Assembly (NCBI GenBank): GCA_045545475.1
Contig: JAZQAZ010000019.1
Location: 12,169 to 76,168, forward strand
DNA length: 64,000 bases
DNA from: Clostridia bacterium
GTDB lineage: Bacteria; Bacillota; Clostridia; CAKSNL01; HGM11501
Direction: 5' to 3'
In this document: positions 9,613 to 19,215 of the stretch, one piece after another
Layout of the letters: each line of letters starts with the position of its first letter
Position numbering within the stretch: the first letter of the stretch is position 1
Program-made: the position numbers and the translations under genes
The notes under the pieces: model-generated
Databases searched by the model: none
Told to the model about the DNA's origin: nothing
Seen by the model: only the letters and a program-made list of their open reading frames with translations

Positions 9613-12351
9613 ATGAAAAAAGTTGTATCGCTGCTTCTGACATTAATTATGATTATGTCTTTGGCAGCAACAGCATTTGCTGAAGGCGATATTGTGCTTG
9701 AAGCAAAAAATGCAACGCTTAATTCCGGTGCTACTGTGGACACAAGCGGTGCATATAACATTGTAAGAGGAGATTATTTCGGCTTTAAAGGTGTTGACCT
9801 TACCGGGATAAATTCCATAGGATTTCAGGTCAAGAGTAAAATCACAGGCGGAAACAACGGTGAAACCTATGCAATAAAGATTGACCATCCCGACTCGGGT
9901 CAGACAATCGGCTACATAACCGTTGAAAAGGAGTATGATAATGCGGTTATTATGACCGGAGTTGACTCGGCATCCGGCACACACGACCTTTATTTCAAGG
10001 GTACCTACGGATTTCAGATTGCAAACGAAATTATCGTAGAAAAGGTAATTCTTTCAAAAGATGTGTATACCTACGATAATACTGCCGCTCAGGTTTCAGA
10101 TGACTACATAAAGGATTTTTATCAGGATACCTGGGTTGCGGTTGACGATTTGGGCCGTAAGGTTGCAGACTTTGAAGAAGTAGGTCCTGTGAAGGAAGGC
10201 AAGAGAGAGTTTGGTCTTATCTACTGGAACTGGTTCGGAAGAAGAAATTCTCCTGCTATTGTTATCGAAGAGATAATCAAAAACAATCCCGATGCAAAGG
10301 ACGATTACAACCATCCTGCGTGGATTGTAGGTGCTAACTGTTATTGGGGCGAGCCTCTTTTAGGTTTTTATGATTCCTATGATTACTGGGTTTACAGAAA
10401 GCACGGCGAAATGTTTGCGACTGCAGGAGTCGATGCCATTTTCTTTGATTATTCAAACCAAGGATTAAACTTTCCCGGTGCTGTCGATGCAATAGTAGAG
10501 GCGTTCCGTGATGCTAAAAAGGCAGGCGTTGACGTTCCCGGAATTACCGGTATGTTCTCTCTGGGTGATAATCCTGAATTAAACACCCGTGCACTTCAGG
10601 AAATTTATCTTCACTGCTTTGTGAAAGAGGATTATTCCGATGTTTGGTTCCATATGGACGGAAAGCCCATGCTCTATTCCGGCAAAAAAATGTCACCCAA
10701 CAAAAAAGATCCGTATGAAGTTGCACTTACAGAAGAAATTACTGAATTTTTCACTTTCCGCACAAATGGTTACAGAAACCGTTACGATGAGCCTGATTAC
10801 TGGATGTGGCTTGAAAACTATCCACAGGTTAAGAGAATGGTAAATAAAGAAACCGGAAGAGTCGGATTTATGGTTGTTGGTACCGGTATAAATCAGTCTA
10901 CCGTTAATGCGGGTACGACAGGCGTATTCTCCGATCCTTATGCAAAAGGAAGAGGCTATTCAGAAGCCTTTGGTGAAGATTATACTGCTGATGGTATGAG
11001 GAAGGCATATTTCTTCCGCGAACAGGGAGGATTGGCTCTTTCCACCGATCCCGAGTTTGTTTTAGTTGATGGTTGGAACGAATGGAATACCGCGAGATAT
11101 GCAAACTATCAGAATCACAGAGGAAATGTTTTCGTTGACCTTTACGATCCTGAAAACAGCCGTGACTTCGAGCCCAACAACGGCCCCTTAAAAGACGACT
11201 ATTATCTCCTTATGACAGACTTTATAAGAAAGTATAAGGGCGTTCGTCCCGCTCCCGTTGCAAGCGGCGCAAAGACAATTGATATAGCAGGGGATATGGC
11301 TCAGTGGAATGGCGTTGGTCCCGAATTCTTAAACTTCGACCAGAGCTATGAGCGTGATTCTTACGGTGCAATTGACCCTTCGACAAACGCAAAGATTCAC
11401 TATACAACAACTGTTTCAAATGCAATTCTTTCGTCCAAGGTATCTTTTGATACAGAAAACATCTACTTCCTTGCAACAACAAAGGAAGCAATTGATGAAA
11501 ATTCCAAGGGCTTTATGAACCTTTACATTAATATCGACCGCAACCGTGCAACAGGCTGGGAAGGCTATGACTTTGCCGTAAACGTTGAAGGTAAGGGTAT
11601 AATTTCCAAAGCAAACGGAAACACCTGGGCGTGGACTAATGCAGGAAATGTTGCAACAAAGGTAAACGGAAACAATTATATGGTTGTAATTCCGAGAAGC
11701 GTACTTTCCGAAACAGCAACTGTTGACTTTGAATTCAAGTGGACAGATTCTGTAGAATGTAATGGAGATATATTAAGATTCTATGTTGACGGCTCAACTG
11801 CTCCTTACGGAAGATTTAACTATCTCTACACCGAAATAGAGCAGACATCACTTTCCGCAAGCGAAAGAGCGGCACTTTCAGGTACTTCTATTCTTAAAGC
11901 CGGTGCAGAAAATATGATAGTTTCCGGTGCAAAGATGGATATTTATGAAAAGGATACAACGGTGCGTGCATTTGAAATGAACGGCACACTTTATGTTCCT
12001 TCTGATGTATTTGAAGAGATTATGGGCTTTGGTAAGGCAAAGGTTGAATACGATCCCAACTACAACGTATTCTTCACACATCACATCACTTTAACTGAGG
12101 ATGAACAGGCGATAAAAGAACATAACTGGACAGTATCTGCTCTTAATTCTCTTGAAGTAAGAGTCGACGGCTCCGTTAAGACTATGTCAGCTCCCGTAAT
12201 CGCAAAGGATAATATGGTATGGGCTCCTCTTTCATTAATAGCTGATTGCTACGGATGGAATGTAACAAACTTAGGCAACGGTGTATATACAGTAGGAGAA
12301 AATGCCCCTGATATGAATACTGTAAACGCTGTACTTTCACATCTTAATTAA
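9613..12351 (+). CDS. Cassette gene A2 (paralog of A1)
   Basis: Same architecture: signal peptide, FGFKGVDLTG, DTWVAVDDLGRKV, WGEPLLGFY, DGWNEW, SRDFEP, stalk. Confidence 0.7.
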   Translation: MKKVVSLLLTLIMIMSLAATAFAEGDIVLEAKNATLNSGATVDTSGAYNIVRGDYFGFKGVDLTGINSIGFQVKSKITGGNNGETYAIKIDHPDSGQTIGYITVEKEYDNAVIMTGVDSASGTHDLYFKGTYGFQIANEIIVEKVILSKDVYTYDNTAAQVSDDYIKDFYQDTWVAVDDLGRKVADFEEVGPVKEGKREFGLIYWNWFGRRNSPAIVIEEIIKNNPDAKDDYNHPAWIVGANCYWGEPLLGFYDSYDYWVYRKHGEMFATAGVDAIFFDYSNQGLNFPGAVDAIVEAFRDAKKAGVDVPGITGMFSLGDNPELNTRALQEIYLHCFVKEDYSDVWFHMDGKPMLYSGKKMSPNKKDPYEVALTEEITEFFTFRTNGYRNRYDEPDYWMWLENYPQVKRMVNKETGRVGFMVVGTGINQSTVNAGTTGVFSDPYAKGRGYSEAFGEDYTADGMRKAYFFREQGGLALSTDPEFVLVDGWNEWNTARYANYQNHRGNVFVDLYDPENSRDFEPNNGPLKDDYYLLMTDFIRKYKGVRPAPVASGAKTIDIAGDMAQWNGVGPEFLNFDQSYERDSYGAIDPSTNAKIHYTTTVSNAILSSKVSFDTENIYFLATTKEAIDENSKGFMNLYINIDRNRATGWEGYDFAVNVEGKGIISKANGNTWAWTNAGNVATKVNGNNYMVVIPRSVLSETATVDFEFKWTDSVECNGDILRFYVDGSTAPYGRFNYLYTEIEQTSLSASERAALSGTSILKAGAENMIVSGAKMDIYEKDTTVRAFEMNGTLYVPSDVFEEIMGFGKAKVEYDPNYNVFFTHHITLTEDEQAIKEHNWTVSALNSLEVRVDGSVKTMSAPVIAKDNMVWAPLSLIADCYGWNVTNLGNGVYTVGENAPDMNTVNAVLSHLN

Positions 12352-12362
12352 AGGAGGCGGTA

Positions 12363-14936
12363 ATGATGAAAAAAATAATAGCAATACTTTCAGCAATTTC
12401 AATTATTTTCACACTTTTAACTGTGACATCCTTTGCCGCAGGCAGTGAAATTCCTTATAATTCATCCTGGGTTGTTACCGAAAGCTCGCATTTTGGCAAC
12501 AACAATGCAACACTTTGCTTTGACGATAAACCGACATCCTACTGGCACTCATTATATACAGTTGTAGACGGTAAGGTTGCATCCAAGGTTGAATGTCCTC
12601 ACACAATAACCGTTGATTTCGGTGAAACATTAGAGGTTTCCGGTTGGAGATATACCCCAAGAACAGACAACAATAACGGTACTTTTAAGACATATAACAT
12701 TTATGCATCCGAAGACGGTACTACATTCAAGAAGATTTTCGAGGGTGCATTTGAATACGCAGGCTCTGCAAAGGATTTTACACCTTCCGAGGCTTCCTGG
12801 GGCAATGTTTCAATGAGAGCGATAAAAATCGAAGTAGTTTCATCCATATCAAATTATGGAACCTGTGCTGAAATTGATTTCTTCACAGGTACAAGCGGAA
12901 CAAAAATCGAAAACGGTGAAATCTATAAGGGAGAAGAAACTCCCAAGGCTGATGAAAAGAAGGAAGAAGTAACATCCGCTGAAATCGGAACACTCATTCC
13001 CACAAATTCGTCCTGGACCATTACCGAAAGCACACATTTCGGTAACAACAAGGCAACACTTTGCTTTGATGGTAACGCAAAATCTTACTGGCACACTTTA
13101 TATACAGTTGAAGACGGTAAGGTTGCATCCAAGGTTGAATGCCCCCATACAATAACTGTTGATTTCGGTGAAACACTTAAAGTTTCAGGTTGGAGATATA
13201 CCCCCAGAACCGATAATGCATCAGGTACAATTACAAAGTACAACATCTATGCATCTGAAGACGGCAGCACATTTACCAAAATTTACGAAGGTGCATTCGA
13301 ATACAAACCCGGCCCTGCAGCGGATTATAAGCCCTCTGTAGCTTCCTGGGGCGATGTTTCCATGAGAGCAATAAAAATCGAAGCTACCGCAACAATTTCC
13401 GGCTACGGCACCTGTGCTGAGATTGATTTCTTAACCGGCGGCAGCGGAGATGCAATAAAAGGCGGAGACTCCTATAAAGAGCAGTCAGGCTCTACAACAA
13501 AGGTTGAAACCACTCCTGCTGAAAAGAAGGAAGAGACAAATACGGATGACGTAAAGAAAGCATCAAACGGAACACCCATGCTTGACAGAACAGGTTGGAG
13601 TGCAACTGTTAACTCTGAAATGGGTTCCTGTGTAAATAAAATATTTGACGGCAAAATTGAAACCTACTGGCATTCTCACTACACCTTTGAGGGAACCAAG
13701 GTAACAGGACACGACAATCCTCCTTACTACCTTGAGGTTACACTTCCCGAAGCGAAGTATGTTTCCGGTATAACTCTTTGCCCCAGAACAGACAACTCAA
13801 ACGGACGTATTCTTACAACCGATATTCTTGTTTCTGATTCTGACGACGGTGAATTTTACTGCATTTATGAAGATTATGAATTCGACAATACATCAACAGA
13901 GAAGGAAATACTCTTTGCTTCAAACATCCTTGTTAAGAAGGTTAAGCTTGAAATAACTGTTACCGCCGGAGGATACGGAACACTTGCAGAGTTTTATCTT
14001 GCAGGAGAAAACGAAGCTTTCAATAAGGTTTCCTTTGAAGACTTCGCCAAGAATGAAGCTGAAAACAGGCTTTATAAATTAAATGCTGCAGATATGCGCG
14101 TTGAGTGCGATTATCTCCACTGGGCAAACAATCACGTAAACAATATACTTGACGGTAATGCTACAAGCTTCTGGCAGACGGAACATGTTCCTAACGGCAC
14201 AATTCCTCCCACACTTAAAATTGACTTAGGTTCTGTTCAGACTTTCTCGAGGTTTGACTATACACCCAGACAGTCAGCTGACTGCCACGGTTATTGGTAT
14301 GTAATTAATCTCTGGGGAAGTATTGACGGAGAAAACTGGGATATTATCGAAGAGGGAATTGATTGCGGCGAAAAGACCACAAACACATTTATTTACAACT
14401 TCGAAGTTCCCGCTACTGCAAGATACCTTGAAATTGAATTCGTTGAATTTAATGCCCAGCGAATTTCCTGTGCAGAGCTTGTGTTCTACCAGACAAAGGC
14501 TGACCGTGATGCATCAGGAGCAGGTCTTTCAGAGAAGTACGAGCTTAAGATTGGATCCAATACAATCAAGGTTACAAAGGGCGAAGAAAGCTATGAAAAG
14601 ACTATTGACGTTGCTCCTTACATCGTAAACGGTTCGACTTTAATTCCCCTTCGAGGATTGCTCGAGGAAATGGGTGCGGAGATCGAATGGGAAGCTGCAA
14701 AGGAAAAGGTGCATATCACAAAGGGTAACTTAAAGCTTACTCTTCAGATATGGAACAAGCTTGTGTATGCGGATGATCCGAGATACGGTGAGATAAGATA
14801 TACACTTCTTAACTATCCTGTGATAAACAATTCAAGAACATTCATCCCGGTACGTTTCGTATCCGAACAGCTCGGCTATAACGTGGCCTGGGACGGTGCA
14901 ACACAGACAATTACAATAACATCGGTAACAGAATAA
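12363..14936 (+). CDS. Cassette gene B2: 4 F5/8C modules + stalk domain
   Basis: Signal peptide; YWHS/T..PR modules x3 plus one FWQT module; APYIVNGSTLIPLRG..RTFIPVRFVSEQLG. Confidence 0.8.
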   Translation: MMKKIIAILSAISIIFTLLTVTSFAAGSEIPYNSSWVVTESSHFGNNNATLCFDDKPTSYWHSLYTVVDGKVASKVECPHTITVDFGETLEVSGWRYTPRTDNNNGTFKTYNIYASEDGTTFKKIFEGAFEYAGSAKDFTPSEASWGNVSMRAIKIEVVSSISNYGTCAEIDFFTGTSGTKIENGEIYKGEETPKADEKKEEVTSAEIGTLIPTNSSWTITESTHFGNNKATLCFDGNAKSYWHTLYTVEDGKVASKVECPHTITVDFGETLKVSGWRYTPRTDNASGTITKYNIYASEDGSTFTKIYEGAFEYKPGPAADYKPSVASWGDVSMRAIKIEATATISGYGTCAEIDFLTGGSGDAIKGGDSYKEQSGSTTKVETTPAEKKEETNTDDVKKASNGTPMLDRTGWSATVNSEMGSCVNKIFDGKIETYWHSHYTFEGTKVTGHDNPPYYLEVTLPEAKYVSGITLCPRTDNSNGRILTTDILVSDSDDGEFYCIYEDYEFDNTSTEKEILFASNILVKKVKLEITVTAGGYGTLAEFYLAGENEAFNKVSFEDFAKNEAENRLYKLNAADMRVECDYLHWANNHVNNILDGNATSFWQTEHVPNGTIPPTLKIDLGSVQTFSRFDYTPRQSADCHGYWYVINLWGSIDGENWDIIEEGIDCGEKTTNTFIYNFEVPATARYLEIEFVEFNAQRISCAELVFYQTKADRDASGAGLSEKYELKIGSNTIKVTKGEESYEKTIDVAPYIVNGSTLIPLRGLLEEMGAEIEWEAAKEKVHITKGNLKLTLQIWNKLVYADDPRYGEIRYTLLNYPVINNSRTFIPVRFVSEQLGYNVAWDGATQTITITSVTE

Positions 14937-14948
14937 TCAAATACAACC

Positions 14949-14982
14949 AAAGCCTCAGGGAGAAATCCCTGAGGCTTTTTTA
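14949..14982 (+). terminator. Intrinsic terminator
   Basis: AAAGCCTCAGGGA-GAAA-TCCCTGAGGCTTT followed by T tract. Confidence 0.85.
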
Positions 14983-14990
14983 TTGCATTT

Positions 14991-15068
14991 CAAGTGAAAA
15001 ATAGCAACTTTGTCCAAGTGTAATAGCAACAATTTCATATTGAAATCGATATTTTTGTATGCTATAAT
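14991..15068 (+). promoter_or_regulatory. Direct repeats plus sigma-A promoter
   Basis: CAAGTG..AATAGCAAC twice (AATAGCAAC at 15000 and 15022), then TTGAAA-17-TATAAT. Confidence 0.55.
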
Positions 15069-15095
15069 ATGGATAAATAGCAAAGGAGGGAGCTT

Positions 15096-16364
15096 ATGCT
15101 AAAAAAAGAAAGAATAAGAATAGGTGCATACAGCCCTGTTTTAACCTTTGACGAGGAGCATGTGAAAATGCTTTCTGAAGCCGGAGTTGACTTTGCCATA
15201 TATTTAATGGATCACGTTGATGTTATTCCCGATGAATACAAGGAAAAAATACTTCGCTGGATGGAAAAGTACAACATTGAGGCGGCGTTAAGAGATGCAT
15301 CTATTGACAAGGTTATAAACAATGCCAACGTGGCAGACCTTAACAATATTGATAAAATGTTCTTTAAGGATTCGCCTTCCTTTGCGGCATATTGTTTTAT
15401 GGATGAGCCGGGAATGGTTCATTTTGACATACTGGGTGAGGAAGCTAAAAAATTCAAGGAAGCTTTTCCGGGCAAAGAAGTTTACTTAAATCTCCTCCCG
15501 ATGTATGCAAACAATACTCAGCTTAAAAACGGCGCCTGGGGAACCGGCGACGATACTTTTCCCGAAGGGTGTGACCCTTATGAGGTATATCTTGACGAGT
15601 TCGTGAAAAAAGTAGATGTTAACCACATCGGGGTTGATATTTATCCTTGCATGAAAAGACCGTGTAAGAATAACCCCGAAAGCTTTCCTGAAAAATATAC
15701 ACCTTATACATATAACAGATATTTAAGAAGTATCGAGGCTGTGGCGGACAAGTGCAGAGAATCGGGAAGGGAGCTATGGACTTGCGTTCAGACCTGCTCG
15801 GATTTAAGAAATTTCCGTGCAATAAATCCATCGGAGCTAAGGTGGCAGACATACACAATGCTTTCCTTCGGTGCAACGGCAATTATCTATTTCATTTTCT
15901 CGTCAAGAAACGGATGTAAGGGCTGTATACTTGATGAGGACGGAAATCCTACGGAGCTTTTCTATGCCTCTTCAAAGATGTGCAAAGGACTTAAAAAGCT
16001 TTCTGATTTATATATGAGCTTCAAAAACGTCGGTGCATTTGTGCTTGGTTATGACGAAGCAAAAACGCCATATCTTTATCTTAAAAATCCTTATGCTATA
16101 AATGATTTCGGCGTGATTTCCGATATTGAAACAAACACACCGCTCCTTATCGGCTGTTTCGAAAAAAAGGACGGTAAGGGCAAAGCCTTTACACTTGTAA
16201 ACCAGCAGGACTGGGCAGAGCCGCTTGACTCGGTTATAAAAATGAAAATTTCAGGCAAGGTAACAAAATATTACGACGGTGAGCCGGAAGTTATGAAGTC
16301 GGAAAACGGTGTCTACGAATTTCACCTCGCTCAGGGTGACGGAATATTTGTGACTGTTGAATAA
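15096..16364 (+). CDS. Hypothetical cytoplasmic glycoside-hydrolase-like TIM-barrel protein
   Basis: FMDEP, VYLNLLPMYA, GVDIYP, ELRWQTYTMLSFGA..IIYF resemble uncharacterised GH42/clan-A-like barrels; family not assignable by eye. Confidence 0.5.
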   Translation: MLKKERIRIGAYSPVLTFDEEHVKMLSEAGVDFAIYLMDHVDVIPDEYKEKILRWMEKYNIEAALRDASIDKVINNANVADLNNIDKMFFKDSPSFAAYCFMDEPGMVHFDILGEEAKKFKEAFPGKEVYLNLLPMYANNTQLKNGAWGTGDDTFPEGCDPYEVYLDEFVKKVDVNHIGVDIYPCMKRPCKNNPESFPEKYTPYTYNRYLRSIEAVADKCRESGRELWTCVQTCSDLRNFRAINPSELRWQTYTMLSFGATAIIYFIFSSRNGCKGCILDEDGNPTELFYASSKMCKGLKKLSDLYMSFKNVGAFVLGYDEAKTPYLYLKNPYAINDFGVISDIETNTPLLIGCFEKKDGKGKAFTLVNQQDWAEPLDSVIKMKISGKVTKYYDGEPEVMKSENGVYEFHLAQGDGIFVTVE

Positions 16365-16367
16365 TCT

Positions 16368-16432
16368 TGTCCGAAAAGAACAAATAAATGTCCGAAAGGC
16401 ACATTTACAAGAAGTGTGTTTTACGACATAAT
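16368..16432 (+). promoter_or_regulatory. Direct-repeat activator site plus promoter of cassette A3-B3
   Basis: TGTCCGAAAAGAACA (16368) / TGTCCGAAAGGCACA (16389), 21-bp period, abutting TTTACA-17-CATAAT. Confidence 0.6.
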
Positions 16433-16460
16433 ATAAGGAACTAAAAAAGGAGGAATAAAA

Positions 16461-19202
16461 ATGGTGAAAAGACTTATTTCTGCATTGCTTGCACTTCTTA
16501 TGCTTTCATCAATGGCATTTGTAATTAATGCGGAAGAAACAAAAACCTTTACCAAGGCTGACATAACGGAAAATGTTGCCGACTTAAAGGTGGATGGGGA
16601 TTATTTTACCCTCAAGACAAAAATGTCCTATTTCGGTATTAAAAACGTGGATCTGACAGGTGTTAAATCCATCGGTTTAACCGGAATGTGCACAATCAAC
16701 GGTGGCGAAAATGCGGAAATTTTCCGTATTAAAATTGACGATCCTTACGGAAAAGCCATCGGATTTGTTGCATTTAATGAAAATTCCGGCTCTTCCGACG
16801 TTACCATTTACGGAAACATTTCCGAAGTAACAGGTGTCCATACACTTTATTTTGCAACAACCACAACAAAGAATACCGATAACTGGAAATTAAAATCCAT
16901 TAGCTTAAGCAATACTCTGTTAGAAACAGAAAAAGCTGTGCCTGATTCTGCGATTGTTGATACCTTTGCGGATACTTGGGTTGCAACAGATAGCTATGGA
17001 AGAAAAGTGGCAGACTTTGAAGAAGTTGGTACCGTTAAAGAGGGAACTCGTAAGGTTTTGATGTTCTATCATAACTGGCATACAGGAACAAGCAGTAACT
17101 ACAATCAGGTTGTTCCGGACATTCTGAAAAAAGCACCTGAAGCACGCTATGACTTCACACACGAGGCGTGGGGGAATCATATGAGCAAGTACTACTGGGG
17201 CGAGCCCGTTTTCGGTTTCTATACAAGCACAGATTATTGGGTATACCGTAAGCAGGCAGAGCTTTTTGCAACTGCAGGGGTTGACGCATTGGTGCTTGAC
17301 TACACAAATGCGGGACTTTGCTTTGTTCAGCCTATGAAGGTTATGTTTGACGCTTTGGCGGAGGCAAAAGCTGATGGTGTTAATGTTCCCAAGGTTACAT
17401 CCTATAACGGTATGGCGCAGACAAATGAAAACAGCTATGATGAAATGATGACACTTTATTACAACATTTATATGAATGAAAAATACCGTGATTTGTGGTT
17501 CTATTGGGAAGGTAAGCCCTTTGTTGCGGGATATGCTCCTACTAAAACTAAGATAACAACAAAAGATGCCGACATAGTGGAAACAAAAAATCTTATTGAA
17601 GAGCTTTTTACATACAGATATCATGGTGATCGTAAAGAGTCCGAAGGCTATATGGACGACATTTCTTGGCTTGACGGTTATCCTCAGCCTCTCCGAGGAA
17701 TTGAAAGAGCAGACGGAAGAGTTGAATCAGTTTCCGTTGGTGTAGCGTTAAACGAGTCCACGGTTGACAAGGGAGCAAAGACAGGCGTTTTTTCCGATCC
17801 ATATTCTCAGGGACGAGGATTTTCCAAGGCATTCGGTGAAGATTATTCCGTTGATAACGGAAGAAAGGCATACTTCTTCCGTGAGCAGGCAGCCTTGGCT
17901 CTCAGTGTTGACCCCGCAATGGTTATGATTGACGGCTGGAACGAATGGACAACTCCGAAGTATTCTGAATACAAGGGACACAAGGTTGCCTTTGTCGACC
18001 TTTTTGACGAAGAAAACAGCCGTGACTTTGAACCCACAAGAAATTACATAAAGGACGACTATTACAACCTTCTTTGCGACTTTGTGAGAAAATATAAGGG
18101 AGTTCGTCCTGCTCCCATAGCAAGCGAAAAGGTAACGATTGATATTAACGGTGATGCATCGGCATGGGATGTAGTTGCTCCCGAATTTATCAACTATACA
18201 GGTCAATATGAGCGTGATGCATATGGCTTTAAGGATACTGCGACGGACAAAAATATTCACTATACCACAAAAGTAAATAATGCGGTATTAAGAGCAAAGG
18301 TTGCCAGAGATGATAATAATCTCTATTTCTATGCAAAAACAGTAATGTCTATAAAAACCGATAACGACGGTTGGATGAATCTTTATATAAATGCAGACAG
18401 AAATTATGCAACCGGTTGGGAAGGATATGACTATGCGGTAAACAAGCTTGGTGCAGGTACTGTCGCAAAATATGAAAACGGTGCATGGAGCATAATCGGT
18501 AATGCGGAATATAATATTTCCGGTAATGTTTTACAGATGTCACTTCCCAAAGCGTTAATAGGCGAAACAGGCATATCTGACTTTGAATTCAAGTGGGTAG
18601 ACTCTGTAACATCCGATGACCTTCTTGATTTCTATTCAGAAGGAAGCGTTGCACCTACCGGAAGATTTAACTATCTTTATACAGAAATAGAGCAGACTGC
18701 CTTATCTGACGCAGAAAGAAAAGCTCTTTCTGAAACAACAATCGTTAAAGCCGGCTCATCAAAGATGATAATTGACGGCGGAAAGGTAAATGTTCATGAG
18801 GCGGATACAAGAATTACACCCTTCGAAATGAACGGAACAATTTATATTCCTTATATGACATATGAGGATATTTTAGGCTACGGACTTGCCAAAGTTGAAT
18901 ATGATGCAGAACAGAATATTTTACACCTTTCAAGACATGACCTTTCAGAGGACTATAAGGAAATTACAAACAAGGAATGGACATACACTGTCGTAGGTTC
19001 TTTGGAAGCACGAAACAACGGCAGAATTAAGACGATTTCAGCACCAGTTGTGGTGGCTGACGGACTTATCTATGTTCCGCTTTCCTATGTTTCCGAAGTG
19101 TTCGGATGGAATTATCAGAGTCTGGGCAATGGATTTTATGCCGTTTCGAGAAATACAATAGATGCTTCGCTTGCAGTAAGCGTAGCGAGTCACATTCAGT
19201 AA
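16461..19202 (+). CDS. Cassette gene A3 (closest to A1)
   Basis: Same domain order and motifs; C-terminal half highly similar to A1. Confidence 0.7.
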   Translation: MVKRLISALLALLMLSSMAFVINAEETKTFTKADITENVADLKVDGDYFTLKTKMSYFGIKNVDLTGVKSIGLTGMCTINGGENAEIFRIKIDDPYGKAIGFVAFNENSGSSDVTIYGNISEVTGVHTLYFATTTTKNTDNWKLKSISLSNTLLETEKAVPDSAIVDTFADTWVATDSYGRKVADFEEVGTVKEGTRKVLMFYHNWHTGTSSNYNQVVPDILKKAPEARYDFTHEAWGNHMSKYYWGEPVFGFYTSTDYWVYRKQAELFATAGVDALVLDYTNAGLCFVQPMKVMFDALAEAKADGVNVPKVTSYNGMAQTNENSYDEMMTLYYNIYMNEKYRDLWFYWEGKPFVAGYAPTKTKITTKDADIVETKNLIEELFTYRYHGDRKESEGYMDDISWLDGYPQPLRGIERADGRVESVSVGVALNESTVDKGAKTGVFSDPYSQGRGFSKAFGEDYSVDNGRKAYFFREQAALALSVDPAMVMIDGWNEWTTPKYSEYKGHKVAFVDLFDEENSRDFEPTRNYIKDDYYNLLCDFVRKYKGVRPAPIASEKVTIDINGDASAWDVVAPEFINYTGQYERDAYGFKDTATDKNIHYTTKVNNAVLRAKVARDDNNLYFYAKTVMSIKTDNDGWMNLYINADRNYATGWEGYDYAVNKLGAGTVAKYENGAWSIIGNAEYNISGNVLQMSLPKALIGETGISDFEFKWVDSVTSDDLLDFYSEGSVAPTGRFNYLYTEIEQTALSDAERKALSETTIVKAGSSKMIIDGGKVNVHEADTRITPFEMNGTIYIPYMTYEDILGYGLAKVEYDAEQNILHLSRHDLSEDYKEITNKEWTYTVVGSLEARNNGRIKTISAPVVVADGLIYVPLSYVSEVFGWNYQSLGNGFYAVSRNTIDASLAVSVASHIQ

Positions 19203-19215
19203 GGAGGGGATAGCT

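Noticed and set aside
3004-13435. Near-identical repeats within B genes as diversity-generating-retroelement template/variable regions
   Set aside because: Differences are largely synonymous and not adenine-specific, both copies are coding, and no reverse transcriptase is present
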